This document shows positions 31,740 through 46,467 of a stretch of 64,000 nucleotides of DNA, piece after piece (position 1 is the stretch's first letter; every line of letters begins with the position of its first letter). A program made the position numbers and the translations under genes. This stretch comes from Alphaproteobacteria bacterium (GTDB lineage Bacteria; Pseudomonadota; Alphaproteobacteria; GCA-2746255), in the NCBI GenBank assembly GCA_965249135.1, contig OZ252220.1, positions 1,152,001 through 1,216,000 of the forward strand, written 5' to 3'. The notes under the pieces were generated by a model. The model saw nothing but the letters and a program-made list of their open reading frames with translations. It had not been told where the DNA came from and did not search any database.

Positions 31740-33371
31740 ATGACGATTAATTTCACAATGCCGGAAATCTACGAATTGAAACCACGAATCACCGTGATTG
31801 GCGTCGGCGGCGCCGGTGGCAACGCGGTGAACAACATGATCGACTCCAATTTGGAAGGCGTGGAGTTCCTGGTTCTGAATACGGACGCCCAGGCCCTGGC
31901 GAATTCGAAGGCGGGGCGGAAGCTGCAGATGGGGATCGGGATCACCCAGGGCCTGGGCGCTGGCTCACGGCCCGAGATCGGCCGAGCCGCCGCAGAGGAA
32001 GCGATCCAGGAGGTCATCGATCACCTGGAAGGCAGCAACATGGTGTTCATCACGGCTGGCCTCGGCGGCGGCACGGGAACCGGCGGTGCGCCGGTCATCG
32101 CGCGGGCCGCACGCGAGAAAGGCATCCTTACCGTCGGCGTCGTGACGAAACCCTTCGCCTTCGAAGGCACGCAACGGATGCGGATCGCCGAGATGGGGAT
32201 GAATGAGCTGCAGCAATATGTCGATACCCTGATCGTCATCCCGAACCAGAACCTTTTCCGGGTGGCGAACGAGACGACGACGTTTGCCGACGCGTTCAAG
32301 ATGGCGGACGACGTCCTGCAATCCGGCGTGCGTGGGGTCACCGATCTCATGATCATGCCGGGCCTGATCAACCTCGACTTCGCCGACATCCGGACCGTCA
32401 TGAGCGAGATGGGCAAGGCGATGATGGGCACCGGCGAAGCGGAAGGCGACCAGCGTGGCCTGAAAGCCGCCGAAGCCGCCATCGCGAACCCGCTGCTCGA
32501 CGACGTGACGATGAAGGGCGCCCGCGGGGTGCTGATCAACATCACCGGCGGAATGGACATGACGCTTTTCGAGGTCGACGAAGCGGCGAACCGAATCCGC
32601 GAGGAGGTCGATCCAGAGGCAAACATCATCTTCGGCTCCACCTTCGAGGAGTCGCTGGAAGGGCGCATGCGGGTCTCCGTCGTCGCCACGGGCATCGATC
32701 TGGATGCGAAAGTTGCACCGAAGCCGACACGGATCAGCCTGGTCGCCGAACACGGTCAGCCGATCCCGGTAGGCAGTGCGTCTGGCCCTGCCGCAAGCAT
32801 CGAGACGATCCAGCCGACGCTCAATGCGCGGACGGAAATGGGCATCCAACGCCAGGGCGGTGAGGCGACCGCCGCGGCTACGCCTGAGCCGGTGACGGCA
32901 CCATTCGATCCGCCGTTCATCGCACCGGAGCCGGTAGCACCGGCGGCACCGAGGCATGCCGAGCCGGATCCGTTTGCCGCCGCCGCCATGGCGAATGGCA
33001 GCCAGCGGCCGGGGGCAGAGTCGCGTCCGAGCCTGTTCGAGCGGATGACGGGCACCGGACGGGCGGCCCGCCCACAGGAGACGGCGGCGATCCCGGCGGC
33101 GATCCCGGCGGCGATCCCGGCGGCGATCCCGGCGGAGACGCAGCCGACGATCCCACCCATCCTGGAGGAACCGGCGGCGCAAAGGGCGGCCCCGCCGATG
33201 GCGGAAAGCCGGCCAGCAACCCCGCCGATGGCGGAAAGCCGGCCGATTCCCCCGGCCCAGCCGCGCTTTGAGGAGGGCACGGCCGCCGAGCCTGAGACGC
33301 CGGAGGAGGCGGAGAGCCAGGAGGAGGATCTCCTCGAGATCCCGGCTTTCTTGAGGCGGCAGGCGAACTGA
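31740..33371 (+). CDS. ftsZ: Cell division GTPase FtsZ (long linker)
   Basis: [25 protein letters not shown] and C-terminal [12 protein letters not shown]. Confidence 0.97.
   Translation: MTINFTMPEIYELKPRITVIGVGGAGGNAVNNMIDSNLEGVEFLVLNTDAQALANSKAGRKLQMGIGITQGLGAGSRPEIGRAAAEEAIQEVIDHLEGSNMVFITAGLGGGTGTGGAPVIARAAREKGILTVGVVTKPFAFEGTQRMRIAEMGMNELQQYVDTLIVIPNQNLFRVANETTTFADAFKMADDVLQSGVRGVTDLMIMPGLINLDFADIRTVMSEMGKAMMGTGEAEGDQRGLKAAEAAIANPLLDDVTMKGARGVLINITGGMDMTLFEVDEAANRIREEVDPEANIIFGSTFEESLEGRMRVSVVATGIDLDAKVAPKPTRISLVAEHGQPIPVGSASGPAASIETIQPTLNARTEMGIQRQGGEATAAATPEPVTAPFDPPFIAPEPVAPAAPRHAEPDPFAAAAMANGSQRPGAESRPSLFERMTGTGRAARPQETAAIPAAIPAAIPAAIPAETQPTIPPILEEPAAQRAAPPMAESRPATPPMAESRPIPPAQPRFEEGTAAEPETPEEAESQEEDLLEIPAFLRRQAN
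33082..33135 (+). repeat. 12-bp in-frame tandem repeat CGGCGGCGATCC x4.5 (AAIP) in the ftsZ linker
   Basis: Read directly; a 30-bp-period repeat (PPMAESRP x2) follows at about 33190-33244. Confidence 0.9.
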
Positions 33372-33505
33372 ACGCCGGGAAGGAGCGCGCGGATTGCCCG
33401 TAACATTTTGTAACAAAACGTGATTTGAATGCCCGGGGGGAGATTTGATACACCCCCCGGAGCATTCGAATCTTGGTTAATCCGTTAAGAGAAGTATATT
33501 TCCAA

Positions 33506-34438
33506 GTGAAGTCGGTTTTCCAAAAAACCCTGCGTAGCGAAATTTCCTGCACCGGAACGGGGCTGCACACCGGCGCACACGTCACCATGACGATGCGTCC
33601 CGCCAAACCGGACACCGGGATCGTGTTCCGGCGCACGGACATCGCCGGCGAAGGCGCCGAACTCGCGGCGCGTTGGAACCACGTCGTCGACACGGTCATG
33701 GGTACGACGATCGGAAATGCCAACGACATTCGCGTTGCCACCGTCGAGCATCTGATGGCCGCCCTTTACGGTTGCGAAATCGACAACGCAATCATCGACA
33801 TCTCGGGCCCCGAAGTACCCGTGATGGACGGCAGCGCCGCTCCATTCGTCTTTCTCATTGAATGCGCCGGCATCCAGGAACAGGACGCGCAGCGGATGGC
33901 GATTAAAATTCTGAAACCGATCGTCGTTCAGGATGGCAATCGCAGCGCCTCGCTTTCACCGGCCCCGGTCTTTTCCATCGAATGCGAAATTTATTTCGAG
34001 AGCCCGGCCATCTCTCGGCAGAGCTGCCACTTCCACCTCTCGAACGGCACCTTCAAGTCGGATATCTGCCGGGCCCGGACCTTCGGTTTTGAAGAAGAGG
34101 TGAGCAAGCTTCGCGCGGCAGGCCTGGCGCGCGGCGGTTCGCTGAAAAACGCCGTCGTCGTCAGCCGCGATGGCGAAAAGGTGCTGAACGAGGAAGGCTT
34201 GCGCTATGAAGACGAATTCGTCCGGCACAAGGCCCTCGACTGCATCGGCGACCTCTACCTGGCCGGCACGTCGATTCGCGGTCTGTACCGCGGCCTTTAT
34301 TCCGGGCATACGCTGAACAACCAGCTTCTACACAAGCTCTTCGAAGAGAAGGACGCGTTCCGCCGCGTGCCCGCGGAAGAAACCACCCATGCAAACGAAA
34401 CATGGGAACCCCCTCATTTAAACGCGATGGAAGCCTGA
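33506..34438 (+). CDS. lpxC: UDP-3-O-acyl-GlcNAc deacetylase
   Basis: [30 protein letters not shown] and [10 protein letters not shown]. Start codon uncertain. Confidence 0.94.
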   Translation: MKSVFQKTLRSEISCTGTGLHTGAHVTMTMRPAKPDTGIVFRRTDIAGEGAELAARWNHVVDTVMGTTIGNANDIRVATVEHLMAALYGCEIDNAIIDISGPEVPVMDGSAAPFVFLIECAGIQEQDAQRMAIKILKPIVVQDGNRSASLSPAPVFSIECEIYFESPAISRQSCHFHLSNGTFKSDICRARTFGFEEEVSKLRAAGLARGGSLKNAVVVSRDGEKVLNEEGLRYEDEFVRHKALDCIGDLYLAGTSIRGLYRGLYSGHTLNNQLLHKLFEEKDAFRRVPAEETTHANETWEPPHLNAMEA

Positions 34439-34480
34439 CCAAGGCCTGCGTTTTTTAAGTTCGCGTAACTCCGCACTTTC

Positions 34481-34506
34481 GCCGCCGGTTCCGGCGGTGT
34501 TTTTTT
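34481..34506 (+). terminator. Rho-independent terminator after lpxC
   Basis: GCCGCCGG-TT-CCGGCGGT followed by a T-run. Confidence 0.65.
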
Positions 34507-34636
34507 ATCCACGCCTTGGCCATGCCTTGACTTGCGCCGCCGAAACCCCCTGGGAATCGGCCTTCGGCGTGGTATATTCAAAGGCCAAGGGGGTGGCCGG
34601 TCCCGCGCATATCCCAGGAGTTCGATGACACCCTCG

Positions 34637-35482
34637 ATGAAGCCCAACCGATGCGAAGCCTTCCGGTGGTTGTTTGCGGCGTCCGTCGCAATCTGCCTGC
34701 TCGGCGCCTGCTCTTCCGACGACGACGCGGATTCCGGCACGTTTATCGACGATGAGGCCATTTTCATCGAACGGCCGGCCTCCGAGCTCTACAACCATGC
34801 CATGGACGTGCTGATCGAGGGGGATATCAAGAACGCCATCACCGCCTTCGATGAAGTCGAACGCCAGCACCCCTATTCGGTGTGGGCGACGAAGGCCCAG
34901 TTGATGGCCGCCTACAGCTTTTATCTGCGCAACGACTACGACGAGGCGATCACCGCGCTTGATCGTTTTATCCAGCTCCACCCGGGCAATCCGGACACCC
35001 CTTACGCCTATTACCTGAAGGCGCTCAGCTACTACGAGCAGATCTCGGATGTGAGCCGCGACCAAAAAATGACGAAGGAGGCCGCCGCGGCGCTGCAGAC
35101 GCTGATCCGTCGTTTTCCGAACAGCAAATACTCCCGCGCCGGACGCCTTAAGCTCGAATTCACCCATAACCATCTGGCCGGGAAAGAGATGGAAATCGGT
35201 CGTTACTATCTGAAACGCAACAACCACCTTGCGGCGATCAAACGGTTCCGGTCGGTCGTCGAAAACTACCAAAACACGCAACAGGTCGCCGAGGCCCTGC
35301 ACCGGTTGACGGAGTCCTATATCGCCCTTGGCCTCATCGACGAGGCGCGCAAGACGGCCGCCGTACTCGGCTATAATTTCCCAGGCAGTCCGTGGTACCA
35401 GGACAGCTACGATCTCTTCACGAAGAGAAAATTGCAGCCGCTGGTGGCGGCCACGCCCGCACCCGCCAAATCCAACCCGTAA
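34637..35482 (+). CDS. bamD: Outer membrane assembly lipoprotein BamD
   Basis: Lipobox LGAC, ERQHPYS, FIQLHP, RDQ, AGKEMEIGRYY and LGYNFP. Confidence 0.93.
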   Translation: MKPNRCEAFRWLFAASVAICLLGACSSDDDADSGTFIDDEAIFIERPASELYNHAMDVLIEGDIKNAITAFDEVERQHPYSVWATKAQLMAAYSFYLRNDYDEAITALDRFIQLHPGNPDTPYAYYLKALSYYEQISDVSRDQKMTKEAAAALQTLIRRFPNSKYSRAGRLKLEFTHNHLAGKEMEIGRYYLKRNNHLAAIKRFRSVVENYQNTQQVAEALHRLTESYIALGLIDEARKTAAVLGYNFPGSPWYQDSYDLFTKRKLQPLVAATPAPAKSNP

Positions 35483-35497
35483 GGCCCTTCAACGCCC

Positions 35498-41291
<5,794 letters not shown>

Positions 41292-41299
<8 letters not shown>

Positions 41300-43598
41300 T
41301 CCCCTCTTTTGAACCAGCCTCGGTCACGAAGTTTGCCATGACCTTCTTCCGCCCGGCCTTGTCGAAGGAAACCTCGAGTCGGTCACCCTCGGAGCTAAGC
41401 ACGAGGCCGTAGCCGAACTTCTGATGAAAGACGCGGGAGCCTGCGACGAGGACCATCGGTTCATTGGCAATGACGCTCGCTTTTCCTTCCAGCGTGCGGC
41501 CTTCCAGCGCCCGGCCTTTCAGCGTACGTGTGCGGCGCGTGTGAGAACCGTCCGCGGCCTCCCACTGAAAGGCGCTTGCGGTCTCGCGCAGGCCGGGCGT
41601 GCCGCCATAGGCTCCGCCGTAAAGGCCCGTCTCCGTGTCCACCTCGACGTGATCGGCCGGCAATTCGTCGAGGAAGCGCGAGGGAATATTGCTTTGCCAT
41701 TGATTGTAAATCCGCCGGTTCGCGGCGAAGGAAAGGTAGACGCGCTTGCGCGCCCGGGTCAGTCCGACATAGGCCAGCCGCCGTTCCTCTTCGAGGCCGG
41801 CATTGCCCTCTTCGTCCAGCGTGCGCTGATGGGGGAACACGCCTTCCTCCCATCCCGGCAGGAAGACGGCGTCGAATTCGAGTCCCTTGGCGCTGTGCAG
41901 CGTCATCAGGCTGACCATGTCGCTGGTCTCACCGCCCGCAGCCTCGTTCTCCATGATCAGGCTCACATGTTCGAGGAAGCCGCCCAAGGTCTCGAATTCC
42001 TCTAACGCGGCGACCAGCTCTTTCAGGTTCTCCAGACGCCCAGGTGCTGCCGGCGATTTATCCTTCTGCCACATTTCCGTGTAGCCGGATTCCTCGAGCA
42101 CAAGGGCGGCAAGGGCGGCGTGGGGCGTGTTGTCGAGCAGGCTTCGCCAGCGAGCGAAGTCCTCGATGAGGCCGGAAAGGGCGCGCCTGGCGCGGGGTTT
42201 CAGTTCGTCCGTCGTCACGAGCCGGGCGGCGGACGCGTTAAGCGATATCGTTTTCGCGCGGGCCAAGCGATGGACGGTCTGAAGCGTCGCCTCGCCCAGC
42301 CCACGCTTTGGCGTATTCACGATGCGCTCGAAGGCGAGGTCGTCGCCGGGGTGAACGAGGACCCGCAAATAGGCGATCGCATCCCGGATTTCCTGACGCT
42401 CGTAGAAGCGGAGGCTGCCGACGATGCGATAGGGCACGCCAAGGGTGACGAAGCGTTCCTCGAACTCGCGGGTCTGGAACCCGGCGCGGACCAGAATGGC
42501 AATCTCGTTCAAGGCATGGCCTTTGCGATGGAGGTTCTCGACCTCCTCGCCGACCAGGCGGGCCTCTTCCTCGCCATCCCACACGCCGCGTAAGAGAAGC
42601 TTTTCCCCTTCCTCGTGCTCCGTCCACAGCCGCTTGCCAAGCCGGCCCGCGTTCTTCGCGATGAGGTCGGAGGCGGCACCCAGGATATGGTGGGTCGAAC
42701 GGTAGTTGCGTTCGAGCCGGATGACCTTGGCGCCCGGAAAGTCCTTTTCGAAACGTAAGATGTTGCCGACCTCCGCCCCCCGCCAGCCATAGATCGACTG
42801 ATCGTCGTCGCCGACGACGCAAAGATTCCGGCTTCCTTTCGCCAGAAGACGAAGCCAGAGATACTGCGCGACGTTCGAATCCTGGTACTCGTCGACGAGC
42901 AGGTAGCGAAAGCGCCGCTGCCAATTCTGCAACACGTCTTCGTGTTCCGTGAAAAGGGTCAGGCAATGCAAGATGAGATCGCCGAAATCGACGGCGTTGA
43001 GCGCCTTCAACCGTTCCTGATAAAGGGCGTAAAGCTTGGGCCCCTTGCCGCCGGCAAACTCGGAGGCTTGTGCGGCCGATACCTTACCGGGCGTGAGCCC
43101 GCGGTCCTTCCAGCGTTGGATCAGGTTCGAAAGCACGCGCGCCGGCCAGCGTTTCTCGTCCAGATTCGCCGCTGAGAGCACCTGCTTGAGCAAGCGCAGC
43201 TGGTCGTCCATGTCGAGGATCGTGAAGGAGGATTGAAGGCCCAGAAGTTCCGCATGGCGCCTTAGGATCTGGGCACAGACGGAATGGAAGGTGCCGATCA
43301 TAAGGCCTTCGACGGCGCGGCCGATGAGGGCGCCGACGCGTTCCTTCATCTCGCGGGATGCCTTGTTCGTGAAGGTGACGGCCAGGATCTGCCCCGGGAT
43401 GGCGTGGCCGGTGAGCAGGATGTGGGCAATGCGCGTCGTCAGCACCCGCGTCTTGCCGGTGCCGGCACCGGCCAGCACGAGCAGCGGGCCATCAAGGGTT
43501 TCCACCGCCTGGCGCTGTTCCGGGTTGAGACCATCGAGGTAGGCCCGGCGGGCGGGCACCGGTACGCGGGCCTGATTTTCGACATCAAGGTTCGTCAT
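41292..43598 (-). CDS. uvrD: UvrD/PcrA DNA helicase II
   Basis: AGAGTGKT, VTFTNKA, DEYQD, GDDDQSIYGWRGA, NYRS, TLHSAKGLEF, EERRLAYV and C-terminal Tudor-like domain. Confidence 0.96.
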
Positions 43599-43617
43599 GC
43601 ATTCTTATACCCAATTT
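43555..43617 (-). repeat. Left copy of a 63-bp imperfect direct repeat (current uvrD promoter and codons 1-15)
   Basis: 52/63 identical, ungapped, to 46401-46463. Confidence 0.9.
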
Positions 43618-43657
43618 TTCCTGCTTGGTGCTGACGCGGCGGTTCTTGCCGGCGAGT

Positions 43658-44746
43658 TCACTGTTGAACAAGAGACTGCCAAAGCGACACTCCCGCCGGC
43701 GATGCCTCAACGGTTATGAAGCGCTGATGAATGAATCCTACAGCCAAGCTGGCGGCAGCGGGTTTGGGCATTTCGCTCCAAAAAAGGGCCTGGTCCACAA
43801 AGTCGTCCCATCCGTGGAATAGGGTGAGGCCAATGCCGAATCCATTGGCCCATTGCGTAAGTGCGGCAGCATCCAGAGGTTTCTGGCGGTCGGAAACCAT
43901 GACTAAGGCAACCTCTTGTACGGCCATATCGATGCACTTCTTGGCGAAGATATGCACGTCGGAGACGGAAACCGGCTTGTCGCGCACCTCGATGGCTTTT
44001 TCGATGATAGCGGGATCAGCGGCGGAGCGGACACATACATCGCCGGGATATTTGCGGCTGGGATCATTGACGCGGCCACTATCAACCCGGTCGGTCCCAG
44101 CAAAGACATCCATCAGACCGGCAACGACAGCCTGAGCGCGGCGTCCGCCTTCTGAATTCTCCTGGACGACCTGCCGAATGACGGCGGTTAGGCGGTCCAC
44201 AGTGATTTCGACTTCATCCGCGTGATGCGTATAACGGAGCTGATAGCGGCGGCGCACGGCGATGAAAGCCCGCAGCGCCGCGCGCGCCGGGGCTTCGTCG
44301 GGCATGTCCTGAAGTTCCCGGACTAGTCCAACCATGTAGTCGAAGGCAGTCCGGCTCCCGCGACGGACCGGCGTGCCATCGTCAAGGCGGGTCATGCGGA
44401 AGTACGGCTGGTTGTTGAGGGGCTGCCTGCCGGTAACGCCGAGGCTGACGCCGAATTCGGCAGCGAGGGGAACAAGCACGTTCTCAGCGAGTATGCGCGC
44501 CGAAAAGGCGTTGGGATTGTCGGGTGCGTGCTCCGGCTTGATCGCAAAGAGGTCGGCCCTGTGGTCCACGGCCTTTGCGAGCATGACTGTGCCGAGAAAT
44601 GCGATATGGGTTCTCGAGCCTCCTTTCTCGCAGAGCAAAGATAATTTCTCGACCTTTTCGAGCCACTCCTGATCGACAGGTCCGGAAGCGATCTCGGATG
44701 CTTCATCTCGGAAAACAGCCGCGGCGCAGTCGTCTTTAATCTTCAT
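43658..44746 (-). CDS. Type II restriction endonuclease, probably SacI family
   Basis: QPLNNQPYF, SEGGRRAQAVVAGL and NDPSRKYPGDV...IEVRDK (PD-(D/E)xK-like); adjacent to a C5 methyltransferase. Family recalled, not searched. Confidence 0.72.
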   Translation of the reverse strand: MKIKDDCAAAVFRDEASEIASGPVDQEWLEKVEKLSLLCEKGGSRTHIAFLGTVMLAKAVDHRADLFAIKPEHAPDNPNAFSARILAENVLVPLAAEFGVSLGVTGRQPLNNQPYFRMTRLDDGTPVRRGSRTAFDYMVGLVRELQDMPDEAPARAALRAFIAVRRRYQLRYTHHADEVEITVDRLTAVIRQVVQENSEGGRRAQAVVAGLMDVFAGTDRVDSGRVNDPSRKYPGDVCVRSAADPAIIEKAIEVRDKPVSVSDVHIFAKKCIDMAVQEVALVMVSDRQKPLDAAALTQWANGFGIGLTLFHGWDDFVDQALFWSEMPKPAAASLAVGFIHQRFITVEASPAGVSLWQSLVQQ

Positions 44747-44981
44747 GGGGACCGCCTTCCTCGTTGGCCGCCAGCTCGAGAAGGTCACCAGGTTTGCAGC
44801 CTAGGGCGATGCAGAGCTTTTCGATTGTGCTCAGGCGGGTATTATACATCGGCCGGGTGGCGAGGGATTCGAGCGTGGCGCGTGACAGGCCGGTGCGCTT
44901 TGCCAACAGCTCGTAGGTCATCCGCTCACCCGTCCGGCGGCGATGTTCTTCCATGACTTCCCGGAGCTTGACCCGTAGCAA
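44736..44981 (-). CDS. XRE/Cro (HTH_26-like) regulator, probable R-M controller
   Basis: LAKRTGLSRATL...STIEKLCIALGCKPGDLL. TTG start after GAGGGA. Overlaps the endonuclease start. Confidence 0.82.
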   Translation of the reverse strand: MLRVKLREVMEEHRRRTGERMTYELLAKRTGLSRATLESLATRPMYNTRLSTIEKLCIALGCKPGDLLELAANEEGGPHED

Positions 44982-44995
44982 GTGTCCCTCAAAAC

Positions 44996-45010
44996 TGTAT
45001 TGACAATACA
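44996..45010. promoter_or_regulatory. Palindromic operator overlapping a -35 box
   Basis: TGTATTG-A-CAATACA contains TTGACA (45000-45005) and lies between the divergent C-R and M genes. Confidence 0.6.
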
Positions 45011-45081
45011 AGCTCTTTCCCTGTAACTCTAAATTTGGAACATATTAAGCTGACCCGCTCGAGAAGTTGTAGGAGGAACGT

Positions 45082-46365
45082 GTGACGGCACGCAAATTGA
45101 CGGCCATCAGCCTTTATACCGGCGTCGGCGGACTCGATTTCGGGTTTGAGGCGGCCGGCTTCGAGACAGTAGCGGCGGTCGAAATAGATCCCGTAGCATG
45201 CCGGACAATGCGCCTCAACCGGCCCGAATGGCGGTTGCTGGAAGGTGACATTCACGAGATTAGCTCGCAGACAATTCTTGAAACTGCTGGGCTAAAGCTT
45301 GGCGAAGCGGATGTACTAATTGGCGGGCCGCCGTGTCAGCCTTTTTCCAAATCCTCCTATTGGGTGAACGGAGACGCGTCGCGCCTTGATGATCCGCGCG
45401 CCGATACGCTGACGGGCTATCTCCGGGTTCTGAGGGACACACGCCCCAAGGCGTTCCTTTTGGAGAATGTCTATGGGCTTGTCTACAAGGACAAGGATGA
45501 GGGATTGCGGCATCTGCTGGAAGGGATTGATCAGATCAACCATGAAACGGGAACCCAATACGCTGTTAGCTGGAAAATGCTGAACGCAGCTCATTACGGT
45601 GTGCCGCAAATTCGGGAGCGCGTTTTCCTGATCGGTAGCCGGGATGGCACCGTTTTTCAGTTTCTGGCACCAACGCACGGGGAGGCGGGTGAGAACGGGC
45701 TGCTTGAATGCCGAGAATCCTATCGAACCGCCTGGGATGCGATAGGCGATCTGCTGCGTATGCCGAACGAGCCGTCCCTCGCGGTTGGCGGAAAATGGGC
45801 TGATCTGCTTCCGACGATTCCCGAGAGACAGAACTATCTATGGCATACGAACCGTGGCGGTGGTTCGTCGCTGTTCGGGTGGCGCACACGGTACTGGAGC
45901 TTCCTACTGAAGCTGGCCAAGAACCAGCCGTCATGGACGATTCAGGCGCAGCCCGGATCGGCGATTGGTCCCTTCCACTGGTGTAATCGCAAGCTTTCCA
46001 TCCAGGAAATGTGCAGGTTGCAAACCTTCCCTGATGGGCTGATCTTCGATTGCGGAAGGACCAACGTGCAAAAGATGCTCGGCAATGCCGTGCCTTCACT
46101 TTTGACCGAAGTGCTGGCCCGTGAAATTCGGCAGCAGCTACTCAAAGACAAAGCCGATCCGGGGCCGCTGGGACTAATGCCGCCGGTTCGGACGCCTGTG
46201 CCGACGCCAGAGCCGGTGGCTTCATTGCCGCGCAAGTACCTTCCACTGATCGGTGATCACCCCGATCATCCGGGAGAGGGAAAGCTTCAAGCAAAGAGAA
46301 AGCAGAAAAAAGAAGAAAAGGCTGACGCGTTGCCGCTGCTCGCGCAAACGGGCGCCGGCAACTGA
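45082..46365 (+). CDS. DNA (cytosine-5) methyltransferase
   Basis: Motif I YTGVGG, motif IV GGPPCQPFS, motif VI ENV, motif VIII QIRER and motif X GNAV. Confidence 0.95.
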   Translation: MTARKLTAISLYTGVGGLDFGFEAAGFETVAAVEIDPVACRTMRLNRPEWRLLEGDIHEISSQTILETAGLKLGEADVLIGGPPCQPFSKSSYWVNGDASRLDDPRADTLTGYLRVLRDTRPKAFLLENVYGLVYKDKDEGLRHLLEGIDQINHETGTQYAVSWKMLNAAHYGVPQIRERVFLIGSRDGTVFQFLAPTHGEAGENGLLECRESYRTAWDAIGDLLRMPNEPSLAVGGKWADLLPTIPERQNYLWHTNRGGGSSLFGWRTRYWSFLLKLAKNQPSWTIQAQPGSAIGPFHWCNRKLSIQEMCRLQTFPDGLIFDCGRTNVQKMLGNAVPSLLTEVLAREIRQQLLKDKADPGPLGLMPPVRTPVPTPEPVASLPRKYLPLIGDHPDHPGEGKLQAKRKQKKEEKADALPLLAQTGAGN

Positions 46366-46400
46366 ATTCATTTCGTTTGAAGAAAAAGCGTAATGATTTC

Positions 46401-46463
46401 GGCACCGGCGCGCTCGCCTGATTTTCGACACCGAGATTCGTCATGCGGACTTATACCCCATTT
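46401..46463 (-). pseudogene. Orphaned 5' fragment of uvrD (right copy of the direct repeat)
   Basis: Encodes MTNLGVENQASAPVP versus MTNLDVENQARVPVP in uvrD; similarity stops abruptly. Confidence 0.8.
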
Positions 46464-46467
46464 GGGC

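Larger units (their letters stand above)
43555..46463. mobile_element. Restriction-modification islet inserted in the uvrD 5' end
   Basis: Flanking direct repeat, lower GC by eye, R-C-M gene content; no integrase seen. Confidence 0.75.

Noticed and set aside
33082-33135. Tandem repeats as a CRISPR array
   Set aside because: No spacers, the repeats are in-frame coding sequence, and there are no cas genes.
33395-33490. CtrA boxes upstream of lpxC (GTAAC..GTAAC, TTAA-TCCG-TTAA)
   Set aside because: The spacing does not match TTAA-N7-TTAAC; these are half-sites only.
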